Shown here: positions 27,947-41,800 of the stretch, in pieces | Position numbering within the stretch: position 1 is the stretch's first letter | How the letters are laid out: each line of letters starts with the position of its first letter | Assembly (NCBI GenBank): GCA_043228905.1 | Contig: JBHGNT010000067.1 | Coordinates: 62,001 to 126,000, forward strand | Direction of reading: 5' to 3' | DNA: 64,000 nucleotides | Origin: Azolla caroliniana | Lineage: Eukaryota > Plantae > Polypodiophyta | The notes under the pieces: model-generated | Seen by the model: only the letters and a program-made list of their open reading frames with translations | What the model was told of the DNA's origin: nothing | The model's database searches: none | Translations under genes and position numbers: made by a program

Positions 27947-28243
27947 TAGTAATTGACAACGCTTTGGTTTCGGCTTAACCAATTTGGCCTTGTCCAAACC
28001 AAACTGGTTAAGCCTTAACTAGTTTGGGAGTTTCCAAACTTGAGCCGAACAGGTTCCTAAACCGATTTGGCCAAGCTGATAAAGCCTTAATCAGTTTAGC
28101 CCAAATCAGTTCGGTTTGGCTTGAACCATCCCAAACCGAGCTCAAAATGGTAAAGGAAGCTCAAGCCTAAACCAAACCGCCAACTCGTTTAAAAACGGTT
28201 TACTGGTTCAGTTTAGGCTTGAGCCAAGCCATTGCCAGTTCCT
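27947..28243 (-). mobile_element. hAT-type MITE, same family, inverted relative to its neighbour
   Basis: Reverse complement reads TAGGAACTGGCAATGGCTTGGCTCAAGCCTAAAC...GGTTTGGACAAGGCCAAATTGGTTAAGCCGAAACC...TTGTCAATTACTA. Confidence 0.65.
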
Positions 28244-29126
28244 ACTTGAAACCAAACCACCTAAGGGAGAAACTTGATCAATCATGCTACCAAATTGCAA
28301 CGTCAAAGCAGAGTAGGGCAACGAATCACGATCTTCCAATATGTTATAGTATCCATCTATTAATGTTGATGAGGGGTATTTGGGTAATTTCGGAAAATGT
28401 CAGGGGTATTTCGTGTAAATACAAATTTCCTACTGTTGTTCCCGCCCCAGAACTTAGAAGAAGAAGAAGAAGAAAGAAGAAAGAAGAAGAAGAAGAAGAA
28501 GAAGAAGAAGCAGTCGTAGACATGGTAGCGTTTCTTCTGTGAAGACGTATTACCAAGACATTTGTTAAAAGCTCACCATATCCTAATTCGATGGAGATAA
28601 TAGAGGGGAGAGTGGTTTCACAGAGGAAAAACCTACATTTCATTCATTCTTCTTCTTCTTCTCCGCCACTTGACCATGGAGAATTTATCAGAATGTTTGA
28701 GGTATTTCGCGGGTATTTCTTTACCTTTTTCAATCTATGACTCTGGATGGTTTAGCTATTTTTGGAGTCTTTTTGGTTTGATTATTTGCGTGTTACAGCT
28801 TATTCAATTCAGGATTGGTTTGTTTCGATTTCTTTGCATGCAACTGCTTGTTTTTGGGGTTTTAATTTGTTTGATTCATTCGTGTATATTATAATTCATA
28901 TCTACGACTTTCCCCACCCCAAGTTTACCCTCCTCTCGAGGGATCAAATATGCTAAGTATTTAAGCAGTTCTGTCGCCAATCCATCCTCGTTTTAGGGGC
29001 TGGACTTATTGCAAAATAACGAAACGTAGGGGTATTTGGGGATACCAAAAAACTCAGAGATATCGTCAAATTTTGCTGTGAAATTAATTATCAAGGATAA
29101 TGTAAAATTAATGAGGATAGCAAGAT

Positions 29127-30110
29127 TGTTGGGAAAAAGGCTGTTAAAAACTAATTGATAAGTACCCACAACGAAATGAAATCGTTTCTTTTTCCCTTAA
29201 TTTCTGTTTATTAGATATGGGAATGAAAAATACAGAGAAAACCCTATTGTATTTAGGGGACACTAGTCTTGCAAAATGATTGACAATGTCAATCTCCAAA
29301 ATTTCTTCAGCATCAAGTTGGTTTCAAGTGAAAACACTTTCACCATACATCTGGAAGCAAAGGATACTGGAATTGGTGGATGTTTGGAGCACGTCTCCTT
29401 CCAATTACATCAGAATGAACCACCCTCGATATCTGTTTCTTGTTATCCTGCTTCTACCTTGACTTAACACTAAGAAGAAGGTATGAAGGTTTACCTGTAT
29501 GTGAGCAATGCGTGAAATTGATGGAGAACAGAAGTCTTCCACAAATAACAGTAGTGGGTTGTGGTGCTTGTTGAGATCACCAGTCTCTCAAGCTTCCTCC
29601 ACTTCTGTCCCTTGTGCCCTTTTTAATTGAGCTCTCTCTCTCTCTCTCTCCCTCTCTGTTTTCCTCTGTTTTTCTGTTTTTTCAGCCAAAAAGATGCAAG
29701 GGTTTTTGTTTATTTTATTTTCTTACTCTACCCTTCGGTAGTGGCATATGAACAATAAGTAAAAGGTAGTGCAACGATTACACAAATGACCCCTAACTTT
29801 TTACCTATAGCCTTTTAATTGTGGGTTCCACTTGAGTGGAAAAAACCCCACAAAGATTTACCCCTAATATCCTACCAATATAAACTCTGGACATTTGAGT
29901 TTGTCAATAGGGATGATTTCTCGACATCATTATCTTTATTCTTATGATTTAAGGTAACATATAGTCCTTTAGTGTGAGTTAAGTGGCGTGATCTCCCACT
30001 GGAGTGAAATTCGACTCATCCAGTCAAGAGGTTTTAGAGCTCAAGCCTGAATTGATAGTGAATTGAAACCCCCATATTGACAAGTGAATTCATTCAACCT
30101 TTGGTTATCA
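29127..30110. mobile_element. Probable second solo LTR (~984 bp)
   Basis: Begins TGTTGGGAAAAAGG and ends GGTTATCA; flanks AAGAT/GAGAT match 4/5; internal CT-rich tract. Confidence 0.5.
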
Positions 30111-33100
30111 GAGATGTCACCTATTATGTGTACACGCTCTGAAAAGTTCCCGGGTAGATGATTCACATCCTGTCTCTGTCTCCCCATCACATTTAGCATT
30201 GTGAATTCCTCACCTAGTACAATGGAAAAAACATCAAACTAATGACACAATAGAAGCGAGTCTCATCATTCACCAGGAATTTTTTTCCTTGAGTGGGACA
30301 ATATCTGGCTATGCATTTCCACATTTCTCTATTAGCAAGGATTGAACCCTTTGGGGCAGTCAATAATTTCAATATTTTATGTGATATGATTTGGATGGAC
30401 AATAGGGGTATTTGTTGGATGCCATCTAGTGGTTAGTGAATTGGTCCTTTTTCATGTTCGTCATATGTGAGTCCTAAATTGAAGGATTTTATATGAGGGA
30501 AGGGAGAGGAGTATACATAGAAACGGGGATATAACTAGGAGGAGGGGATGTATGCATGTATGTGCATGATATTGTACTGTGCATGGACAAGCATGGACAA
30601 TACCGAAATGATACAAAAAGAATGATACAGACACAAATGGAAGAAACATAGGACCCATAGATAGCAGAGCATGTGAGAATGATTACAATAGAGGATACAA
30701 TGGAGACATACACCCATGTGCTCCTAAGTGAGCATATGTAGATATAATTATGGCTTGAAGTAAACCTACTTTAGTTGGCTCAACAAAGGCTGCCTTTTAT
30801 GCACAGTTTTACTAACCCTAAGAACCGTTCCACCTTAAAAACTGCACCAACTCAGTGGTCACCTACTTTGAATCTGTTTAGAGAACACTTGAATCCGCTT
30901 CTTGTAAGAAATTGATCCATCGGTTCATACAAGGTCCTTGGTCCCTGCTCAGCCCATACAAACATCTTGCAACCTCAAGACTCGAAATTTTGATGGTGTC
31001 TCTACAAATACCTCCTTCAGATATTTATATGCATTAGTTATACGGGCAAGTTCCTCATGCTGACATCACTAGGACTGTCCATGCCTCCATGACAACACCT
31101 CCCCATAGACGGATATGACAATCATACACAAGTCTAATTAACAACCGAATGGAATAGGATGGGTTGATACATAAAGCAAATAGTTGTTAAGTGAAACCTG
31201 GAAAAGAACAAGTCTGTTCAGAGATAGTGCAACCAAACACACAGGTAAACTCAATAGATTGGCACTATGCCAACAAAACACCTCGACAATTGAAGTGATT
31301 TATGTGAACTAACATCAACCCAAATCCGACATCATGACAATTGGGGCCCCGGGGACCTGGCTGAGGTCAGAGGGCACGAAATGTTACAAATGGAACATCC
31401 ACTCAGAGCATTTTGGTGGCCAAGTTAACTGTCCACGGCATCATGGTGAAACCAATGCATTTGACCTCCAATTGAGGGCATGCGATGTTTGAAAAGTGCT
31501 TGGACGTAACAAGTGTTCGGTGTAGAAATATGATGGTGCCAGAGGAACTGACCCTAGGATATCCACCCCATATGTTTGTTCTCATCAAGAGGAACTATCA
31601 TAACCTCTGTGTTCCAAAACGTAAAGAGATCAAGCAAAAGTAAAGAATAACGATGCATGGGAGTGAGTGCAGGCAATCCCAAGGAAAACCCCGGTCATTG
31701 AGAACCGGCAACTAAAGAGCTTCAAGCAATAAGTGTGGATGGCATGAGAATAGACGTGGTCCCATTCGATTATCATGCCACTTTAGGGATGCCAACTCAT
31801 AGAAAGCTATAAAAGGGCAAACATTGCAAGGAGAAAGAGAGCAACAAAAGAGAGGTTGAATGCAATTCAGATTGAAGAACAACTTAGTACACTTGGAAGA
31901 TCAGTGGGGAGCCATAAAATGTTCAAGTGATTCATCCCAGTGTAATAAGGATGTACTATCCATTGCAGATTGTGAATATAATATAAGTTTTTATGCATCC
32001 CTACTGCCTTGTGCGAGAGACAATGTATGAGCATAAGGGAGGCATCCTCTTGAGGTGTTACATCCATATTAGAGAGAGTGAGCATTCATGGAGGCATCTC
32101 ATTGTAGCCATATTATTAGGAATAAGAGAGGTGCATTTGAGAATCATGGCAGCAAGCTTCTTAAGCCTTGGCTACTGGCCAATGCTCAGCCACTGCAGGT
32201 TCTTGCAGGCCACTTTGATTGATGACCTATTCTTGCCGATTCTTGCAGGCCTAGAACAGTTATACGTAAATAATTGAAGATTAAGGGTGCAAAAATATCT
32301 ACAAGGTTAGGGTCAGAACATGGATAACTAACCAAAAAGGGCAATGTATCAGTATCACCTTGGTGTTGATGAAGAGGAGAGGATGGGGAACTCCTCACAT
32401 TGATAATGCTCTTTTCAAAGTCAACCTAGGCAAGCAATGACAATGATCCAGTTTGTATTTTGAGAATGACAAAACTATATTACATTTGAGCAGAGTGGAT
32501 GGTTAGCATTGTTCTTGCCAAAAAGTACAGTGCTGACTAATACACAAGGATTGTTCTTGATGTGTTGTTATTTGCTTTCAGAGCAGTATTTGAATCAAGT
32601 GTCTATGCACGAAGACACGGACATTAAAGACCTTTGGCAAGACTTATTCATGTTTCTTGAAATAAGTATTTGCACATGATAACATTGCTTAGAGAAATTT
32701 GTGATACAACTTGAAAAACTTGCTTTGAGAACAATGTAATCGGAATTGAGCATGATCATGCTAAAATAACTCGGTTGCTACCATCAAACAATATAGAGGA
32801 CTCTTGCTAATTACCAAACATTGTGCTGCCAACTTTTAAAGCTCAATGTTTGCAAAAACTTCTAACAATTGAGGCAGACAATGCTAGACACAATCAATCT
32901 TCAGGCAATAGCAAATAGCATAATGCAGCCGGAGGAAGATATGATTTTTTTGGGTCTCCACATGAAAGCTAAAAGGGAAAGCACTTCTACACATCATCAA
33001 AGCATTCAATAACATATTATGATTTGAAGCACTAGTCCTACACAGTTATAACATGTTTTAAGTCTGATTTTGACATAACTACCTCATCTCTTTCCACTTG

Positions 33101-33520
33101 AAGCATTTTCCATTCTCAATGTTCATCATATGAATGGCTTGAAATCTTGGACCAACGCATAGATAAGCTTGTCACACCTCCATGTTTGTTATATTAGTAC
33201 ATTAGTTTTGCCAGTTACATTCTTCTTTTGACTATTGAGTATCTCACTTATGAATATTCAGGACTTATCCTCCCATTTCATCAAACTTTAGCTATCATGC
33301 GAAAGGTATCTCTAATGCACAAGATTGACTGGTCAAACATGAAATGGTTCTTTTCTTGCCCAAATGAACAAATGTATTGACCCTAGAATCAATGCATGAA
33401 ATTCCAAACCCGGAAACCATTATAAAAGTGTTGAAAAAGGAGAGTTTGTTAATGGGACTTGGCTTCACAACATGGTTCTTGATTGCGTAATGAGCAAATA
33501 TTGGAATGCTATTGGGTTAA

Positions 33521-33719
33521 AGAGTGTGCAAATCATACAATTTGTTTCCGGCACATTTTGTGATTAATTGTAAGGATGCGGGGACGACCACAAGTTCCCT
33601 CAAGAACCCTTGCACAAATATACACACATTTATAGAGTGTGCAAATCATACAATTTGTTTCCGGCGCATTTTGTGATTAATTGTAAGGATGCAGGGACGG
33701 CCACAAGTTCGCTCAAGAA
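33521..33719. repeat. 86-bp direct duplication separated by a templated inverted insert
   Basis: AGAGTGTGCAAATCATACAATTTG...CTCAAGAA at 33521 and 33634. The spacer 33606-33634 is the reverse complement of 33985-34013. Confidence 0.9.
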
Positions 33720-36399
33720 GTTTTAAAGATACATATGTGCCACTTTCATGATGCAGTTTACTTACCATTGTTGTTATTTAATAAGATATAATAAAATAGT
33801 TCCAATCTATTAGGGTTGCCTTTTAAAGCAATGTGTCATAGAGAGCAAACCTATTTATGTGGACATTATGTTTTTTAAAGTATAGTGAAGACACAGTGGA
33901 ACCCACTCTTAGAGACGTCAACCCTTGGTTGTAATGTTTTGATCCTTAATGTTAAAAACTATTCTAATTATTTCGTGTTGTAATTATAAATGTGTGTATA
34001 TTTGTGCAAGGGTATTTCATGCATGTCTAGATACAAAGGAAAATGCTCCTAACTTTGTCATAAACCACAAGAATATTTTTACTCTCCAACAAGGGGCATT
34101 TTTTTTGTAATTATTAAGAAACTTCAAACAAAGTCTTCAGAGTTCAAAAAAGGCTCGATAAAGAACCCGATATATAGCTTTAATTTAAAAGGATTCATAG
34201 TACAAAGAAGAAGGAAACACCTTCCGTTACACATTCTTGTCTATCTTCGATGTTTCTTTATTAGTATACAAAATGGCCACATGCTATACTAAAGATGTAA
34301 TTTGGAACTAGTTTAGATTTGTTGCTCTTGGTATGCCCATGTTGTGTTATGTTCTATGGTCACAACAATCACATATTGGTTAACCTGAGTTATTTTGCAA
34401 ATTCCAAACATTAAAAGGTAGGTGCATGGCAAGGCCAATCGAGAATGCAATAATGCTACAACCCATTCCAAACAAATTATAGCTTGACATTGGTTCGCAT
34501 TTTGAATTAGTTAACAATCACAAAGGAAAGTGATGGGATCGGCTCAAATAGGCTACAATGCACTATAAGGATGTCCATCTCTTTGGGGTCTACCATTGTT
34601 TTTACAAATAGTTGAGTGCATTGAATAAAACTTATATTTCCTCGTATTGGGATCATAACATGCTTATTTTGGGTGGCTTTGCTAAATGAGAAGTCTTGAC
34701 TAAACACGCCTACTTGCAAACTCTTTCATAACATCTCTTTTTGGTGATAAAATATCTCAATTAGCCGAAAGTTGAGAGATAGTTGGAATTGATGAGATAC
34801 ATGACTAAGTTTTGGTGCTAAACTTGTGACACCAAAAGAAAGGAAACATTAATTAGTGAGGATGAATAACAAGGTGGTTTGAGAGGGGGATGCTATGGGT
34901 CTCCTCTTTATCTCCATAAAAAAATGTGAGATAATCAGGTATAACTTTAAGATGCATTGCGACTAAGTAATGTCCCTAATATCGGGCCAATGCTATTAAC
35001 GTACCAAACGAAATGAATGTGAACAAATGATTCAAACATGGGCAAAATAAGACATTCTAAATGAATAGAATCTAGTCAAATAGAGAAGAAAAGTAATTGA
35101 GTTGCTTTCCATATAATGAATGTAGTACTACATTTGTGAGTTTTCATAGGAATCATATTCATCAACCACATTTTGTATTTTGTTTTCCCGGACAAGTTGT
35201 TGATTGTGGAGAACATTTGTACTTTGTAGTTATTCAAGTACATTGACCTAATTTTTATAGGCCAAATAATATGCCCTTTCATTTTATAAACATATTCAAT
35301 ACCCACATTTGTCCATCATTCAAAAATTAGCATGCATACATTTGACTAGGCGAGGCTTTTTAGGCCTAAAAATAAGCCCTTTCATTTTATAACATAATCA
35401 ATTTCCACATTTGGCCATCATTTAAAATTTAGCATGCATACATTTGGCTAGTCTAAGTGATGCGAGTATTCTTCTTTGCTAGTGTTTTGTTTTGAAGATG
35501 TCATTCATTTTTATTGTAACATGTCGTAAATTTAGACTTCATTTTTATGTTGATGATTTTATAGGGCCCACATAAATATCATGTACATAATTAAGGGTAT
35601 TGGAGCGTTATTTTTTTGAATTGTTTTGCATCTTGCTACCAATTTTTAATATGAAAGGAGCTTTCATACATATGCATGCAGTGAAAATAGACTTGTTTTA
35701 TTTCAAGAATTATACAAAGCTAAACTGCTTTAGGTATCTCTAAGCGATCTTGAATCCCAAATTTCATTTTTTTTTTAATTCAATGTATTTTCACAATGAA
35801 CTTGTTGTGTCTTAACCAATAAATGAAATATACATATATATAATAATGTGATATTCTTTCATTACTCAACCGTGAATGCTCTCTTGTTGAAGAAGCCATT
35901 ATGTATAATAACGTTATGATGATTCTACTTTGGTACTTTTCTATGGATAAATGCATCACATTCATAGAAAAGGAAGGTATATTTAAGAGCCTACTCGCAA
36001 CTTCAACGAAAGGTATTTGAAATATTGCTCTCTCACAATGCCTATCTCATTTATTTACACCACGACCCATATTAGAGAGAGTGTGTGTTTTTCAATTTTC
36101 GCCGCGGCGTGGCCCTTGGGTGGCACCATTAACTAATGTAGATTTTTTTTCGAAAATGGAAAAGTCGAAGGCTCTAACTTCTTCATTGGTCTTGTTTGGA
36201 CAATAGAATATGGCAATCTCCTAAATGTCTTTGTCGAAATATCCATATGATAAATTAAACTATTGATGAACTTGCTTTTTTTCCTCTTTCAAAGGGATTT
36301 AGTTCACTTTTTGCTTTATAGCATACGTACCTTTACAATAGTTCATCTTTTGCGGTTTTTTTAAAGATAATGGCTGAGGATTATTTGTATTTTGCACCT

Positions 36400-37335
36400 T
36401 CTAGCATGCAACATGATCAAGTGTAGAGTATCAAATTCTCTTCGGATAACCAAGGCTAACAATACTCCTAAAATGTTTTCTCTCAAATTTGTAAATGTTT
36501 ATGCACAATCCACTTTTCTCGCCTTTTTGGGTAACGCTACATTTGGAGACCTTAATGGTAAAGTATATGTGGACTTTGAAGTTTGCAATATGTCAAGAAT
36601 ATAGCATGTGAGAACGAAGGTAAACTCCAAACAAGATGTTCATACATTGTATGAAAACTTAATGATCAATCTATAACATGCCTATGTGAAACGTACAAAA
36701 ACGCTTAGAGGTATTAGATGTTTGGAACACAAATTTCCATTAGTGTCTTTGTAGTTTTTAGGGATAAGGAAGGAGGTGCAACCATCATGGGAGATATTGA
36801 GTAGTGCTATTACATATAACATCTGGAAGGCTTGATGCTCTCTTGTTTTCCATCAAGTTAGAGTCTCACCAACTTAATTTGCAAATAATATTTGGTTGGA
36901 CATGGTTCATACTTTGAAGGGTCAATGGGATTGTATAATTTGAGATTCCGATGATATAGCTGCTCAATGCCATCAATGTCTTACTTTGTGGAAAGCTACT
37001 CCAGTGATGTTCTCTTGTGGAAGGCTTGATGCTCTCTTGTTTTCCATCAAGTTAGAGTCTCGCCAACTTAATTCGCAAATAATATTTGGTTGGACATGGT
37101 TCATACTTTGAAGGGTCAATGGGATTGTATTATTTGAGATTCGGATGATATAGCTGCTCAACGCCATCAATGTCTTACTTTGTGGAAAGCTACTCCAATG
37201 ATGTCCTCGAAGAATGGCACTCCTTTTTGGCACTTTCAGCCACCACGATGGTTGTTCCCTCCTCCGATCACATAGAAATCAAAACTTAGTAAAATGTTCA
37301 CACTAATGAATGGATATATTTTCATAATAAAAAAA
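36400..37335 (+). mobile_element. L1-like LINE 3' remnant with internal 194-bp tandem duplication and short poly(A)
   Basis: PSWEILSSAITYNIWKA*CSLVFH (IWK.R...VF motif), then WHFQPPRWLFPP, ending ...CATAATAAAAAAA at ~37335. The duplicated unit starts at 36824 and 37018. The 5' boundary is approximate. Confidence 0.65.
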
Positions 37336-37601
37336 GGCTTCGTCTAGTCCCAACATTTCTAATGGAGAGTTTGCGAGAGTTTGTATTGTTAAAACTATTC
37401 TCAATAAATATATAATATTTATTTGAATAACTTTATAGTCTATGAATGTTTGTTGCATATAAATATTTAGACGAAACATCCTTACCTAGTATAACATAAG
37501 TACCTTCCATAAATAATTAACGAGCTACGTATGTATTTCCACTTGTAATGGATAAATATAATAAGCACGTGTGTGTTATGTGTGTGTGACAAATAAGGAA
37601 G

Positions 37602-37605
<4 letters not shown>

Positions 37606-37654
<49 letters not shown>
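37606..37654. repeat. (GA)n microsatellite
   Basis: Uninterrupted GA run. Confidence 0.95.
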
Positions 37655-37656
<2 letters not shown>

Positions 37657-38459
37657 GGAATTTGTATGTGAAATGCTTACATGCTTGATGGTAGAGATGG
37701 ACCTAATGCATATACCATGAAGTTGAAAGCTATTCTTATCTAGCCTTTTTGGATATTGGAGATCGAGGATTGTTTCCTCAAGTGCATATTCAAGTTTTTG
37801 TCATGGTTTTAGAGAGTGTCCCTTTACCTTAAAAGAGAGGGTTATGTTATCATTTTTACATGCATTTAATATACTTGTATGGTTTATCAAAGAAGGGACA
37901 AAGATAAAAAAGGCTTATTAACTTCTACGAGAGACCAAAATCAGCTTATAAGAATTTTGGGTGAGGTAGTGTTGAGATGTTTGGATGAGGGACTGTGAGA
38001 CTGTGAGACTTTTGGGCGAGGGAGTGTTAAGTTTATGTGAGTGAGTGAGTGAGAGTGTGTATGTGTTTGAGTGAGAGAGACCAAAGACCATAAACTATAT
38101 TAAGTAAGATGGGGGAATATTGCAATGAATCAACTATAATCAACACTTTACAAGAGAGGGACCTCGGCTATAAGAATTTCAATGCAATCTAGTAATCATA
38201 GGAGAGTGATTCGGATACCTAACCTATCTAATTCATTCAATGCGAAGGTATTTACCATTCATTAAGTAAACGGTGGACTTATAAACACATGCGTGCACGC
38301 ACGCACACACATGCACTAAGGAGTGTGCGTGGTTGAGCTTCTTATCTCAACATGCACGACAAACACTATATAGCTCAATTTAGAGCTATTTAGAGGTTGA
38401 TGAGTGGCCTACAATAGTTGTCAAGCCTCAAGCACAATGTTTTTTCCTCCCTTTGGGGA

Positions 38460-38850
38460 TTTATGCGGAGTTGTACTAAGGCAACCAATGTTATGTGAAC
38501 AGGAGGATATTACACATGCTCTTTCTCTAAGACATGGTTTGATTGTTGATGCGAAAAATGAAATATGTCAAGTGGTATGCAGTATTACATTTGGTATATT
38601 TGGAAGACCAAGTGCTTGAAGGTATTACAAAATTTGACAAAATGGCATGCTCATACAATTACTAGGATTTGGACAAAGATTGTGCATAATCTAAGAGGTT
38701 ATTTTGAAGGGTGCCACTCAACGTATGGAATTGCAACATTTTGAGTTTCATGACGTTGGGATAAAATCATATTTTGTAGGCAAGTTTTTGACAAGGTGGA
38801 TTGGTTTTACTCTACACCAAAGTATTTATTTAAGCAAATAGTTAGAACTA
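38460..38850 (+). mobile_element. Degenerate Ty1/Copia reverse-transcriptase remnant
   Basis: LRQP...VCSITFGIFG...; HFEFHDVGIKSYFVG (cf. FEMKDLG.L.YFLG); LHQSIYL.QI (cf. L.Q..Y...IL). Several stops and frameshifts. Confidence 0.5.
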
Positions 38851-41800
38851 AACCTTTGTCTTCAAATACGGGTAATTACATGTATGTACATATTCCATGG
38901 GGTATTTCTTAATTATCTTATAGTAATTCTCTCTTGAACAAAAAACATTAATGTGGAAACCCTTGCAATTTGAGTATTGTCTACGACTTCCTTGGCTTTC
39001 TTGTTGACTTTATCTTTTACGTATGCCTCTGTCAAAGATGTTATCTTGATTTCAAGTGGATTCTAGTGGCCAACTTGAATTTCAATTCAAACCCAATAAT
39101 TCACTTTGATTTGATCCAAACACTATATCATTAGTCTCTATGTTTTGTCACCACTTGGTTAAAATGCACTATTTTTTTCGAATAGATAGAAAAATGTCAA
39201 AAAGATACTGTGAAATTTTGTCCTTGTAATAACTTCAAAAGAAACTAGTGAAATGAAGCAACGCCGAGCGTCTGCATAGAAGTTATTTTCTATAATCCTG
39301 CTATAGAAATTCTCGTACTCTCATCATCATTTGTAAAGAAAAACAAATATTTTCAAATCATCCACGAATTTTATTATTTCTGCGATGTTATCTAACGTGG
39401 TGATATAACTTTCTCCATTTTGGTATCTTGTGGTTATGTTTTTAACTCCAAACAAGTATTTGTGCAAGTACATCCTACATATCTTTTTGTCATACACTTC
39501 TTACTATGTAAAATCACAAAGGTAGTTAATGTATTAGAAATAATTACCATAGTATCATAATCATTCTCCAATCATATATTTTCTCTAGTGGCTCTATTTA
39601 TTTTTGGTATTAGTGCCTCCTTCAAACCTTACTTTTCCTTGCATCAAGTCATCACCTTTCTCACAGTATCACAAAGATTTCATGGGTGCAAACACGTTTT
39701 AACTTTATGTTTGTAATTTGAGCATTTATCTTTCTTGAGTTTCTCTAATTTGTATACTTGCACGGACAATCTTTTTAATTCTCAATTCATACCTCAATCA
39801 ATATAGACGACACTCACATGCACAATAATGAGACTCAAAGTCTTTCTTTTCCGAACAACATTTGTCGTCATCACATAAAATGATATTTACATCAATTCAA
39901 TGTGACTAGACACTATAACATATGTATATTGCATCAAACCGAAACTCACATCAAACCTTTAACTATATGATTGTAATTAGACTTGGAATTGAACAAAAGC
40001 CATCAACTAGCACGTGCATTCACTAAAGTTGATCCATTGAGCCTCCTTTATACATTTGTGTCTCGACTCTCAAGTGAACACACGACATGTGCCATGTCAC
40101 TTGTCTTATACATACTCCATCTTGATAGATCCTAGATATGATGCGACAAGTAAACTAGCTTATGTACCTTTGATGTATGAGTAATACAATAACAAGGCCT
40201 TTGGTCCAAATTTAGACAAAGTCTCTTCTAATTCATATCATTACTACTTGCAATGACAGACTCTCGTTTTTATTCATAAGGTTTATTTTAACTAAATTCT
40301 TGCAATGATTGACTCTCTAGCCACACATTATTATGTTTGTCACTCCTAATTAATGGCAATATATAGAATTTCAGTCCTTTCATACAAATTTGATAGTGAT
40401 GATTCCTTTGATGTAGATGATATTTACTTAGGAAATATTGCAAGGACTTCCAAGGTCACAATTTTGAAAGTCACCCCTCAACACTCCAAATTGTTTTGTC
40501 GGGCATGGATTGCAACTTAATGGCAAACACATGATGTACATTTTCTTAGTTTGAAACCCTATGTGAAGAAGTTTGAAAAGGCTCCTAGATTGTGGTACAA
40601 ATACCAAAACCTCGACGAACAATTTGAAAATTGCACAAATTGCTCCATAGTATCGTCACTTGCCGCTTCATAAACACTAGTTAACATCCTCTCCCAACTT
40701 TTTAGTTTTCATGAATCATCATCACTTTCTAGAATAAGAGATTATCATTCTAACGTGATGTTTAACTCTCTAAATATCTTATATACATATGCTATAAACA
40801 ACATAATTCATTTTGCATATAATGTTAATTTTTGTGAACGTGAAATTCATTCTATTATTTTGTGCGTGGAGGTCAAATATGACATATGGAACCAGAGTAC
40901 GCAACACTTTCCATGCTAGTGTGTAGAAACTGATAATTGACTCTCATTGTTCAAGATTTTTTTTTTATGCGCATTACAATTCAGATGTGAACATTACGAG
41001 CAAGAGAGAAAGGTGTGCAAGGATATGTTAGGGCCGAAAATTCATGCAGAGAAATTTTTAATGCAATCAAATGTGGTGTATTAATTACAACATAATCTTA
41101 GATTTGGGAACTTGTTTGGTGCCACCGATGATCATGTTGCATGGGATAGTATGATCTATGGAAACAACTATGCAAAAATTAGGGAAAGGGATAAAAGGGC
41201 ATGCACATGCATTTGTGATTGTAGTTTAGAGAAGAAGATGGTTTTGCAGTTTCTCGTAACTCATGTAATATAATTGCGTGAAGTTTAAGCATTTGATCTC
41301 TCCTAATTTGTCATACATTTGCTTTGGAAAAAATGTTTTTTCCATCAAGAAATCCATTGTGCATGATAAAACAAGTGCCACAATGTAACACAAGCACGTA
41401 GGCTTCCTTTTTTTCAGGGAGGGGTGGGATTATCAAAGCCTTAGCATAGCACATTTTAAATGAGGGACTAAGCTTGTGTATTGTAGAAATAATGCAATAG
41501 CAGATAAAATCAAGGAAAAATGATGGTGAGCACTAAGCACTAAGGACTGTAGTCTGTGGGTATGAGTACATAAAACTTCGTGGTCAAACCCTTATCAACA
41601 ATGGATATGCTTTTCACAATAAACCAAGGTAGTTAATAACGGTAAAGTGTCATGAGTGAAATCCGTACATTTACATGGACAACTTACGAAATCTCCTCGA
41701 TGAAAGTTATTTATCAAAGATAAATTTGTTACATTTATCACTGTAATATATCATTGGCATGTATGAGAGACGGAGGGATGGAGAGAGATCTTATCCACAT

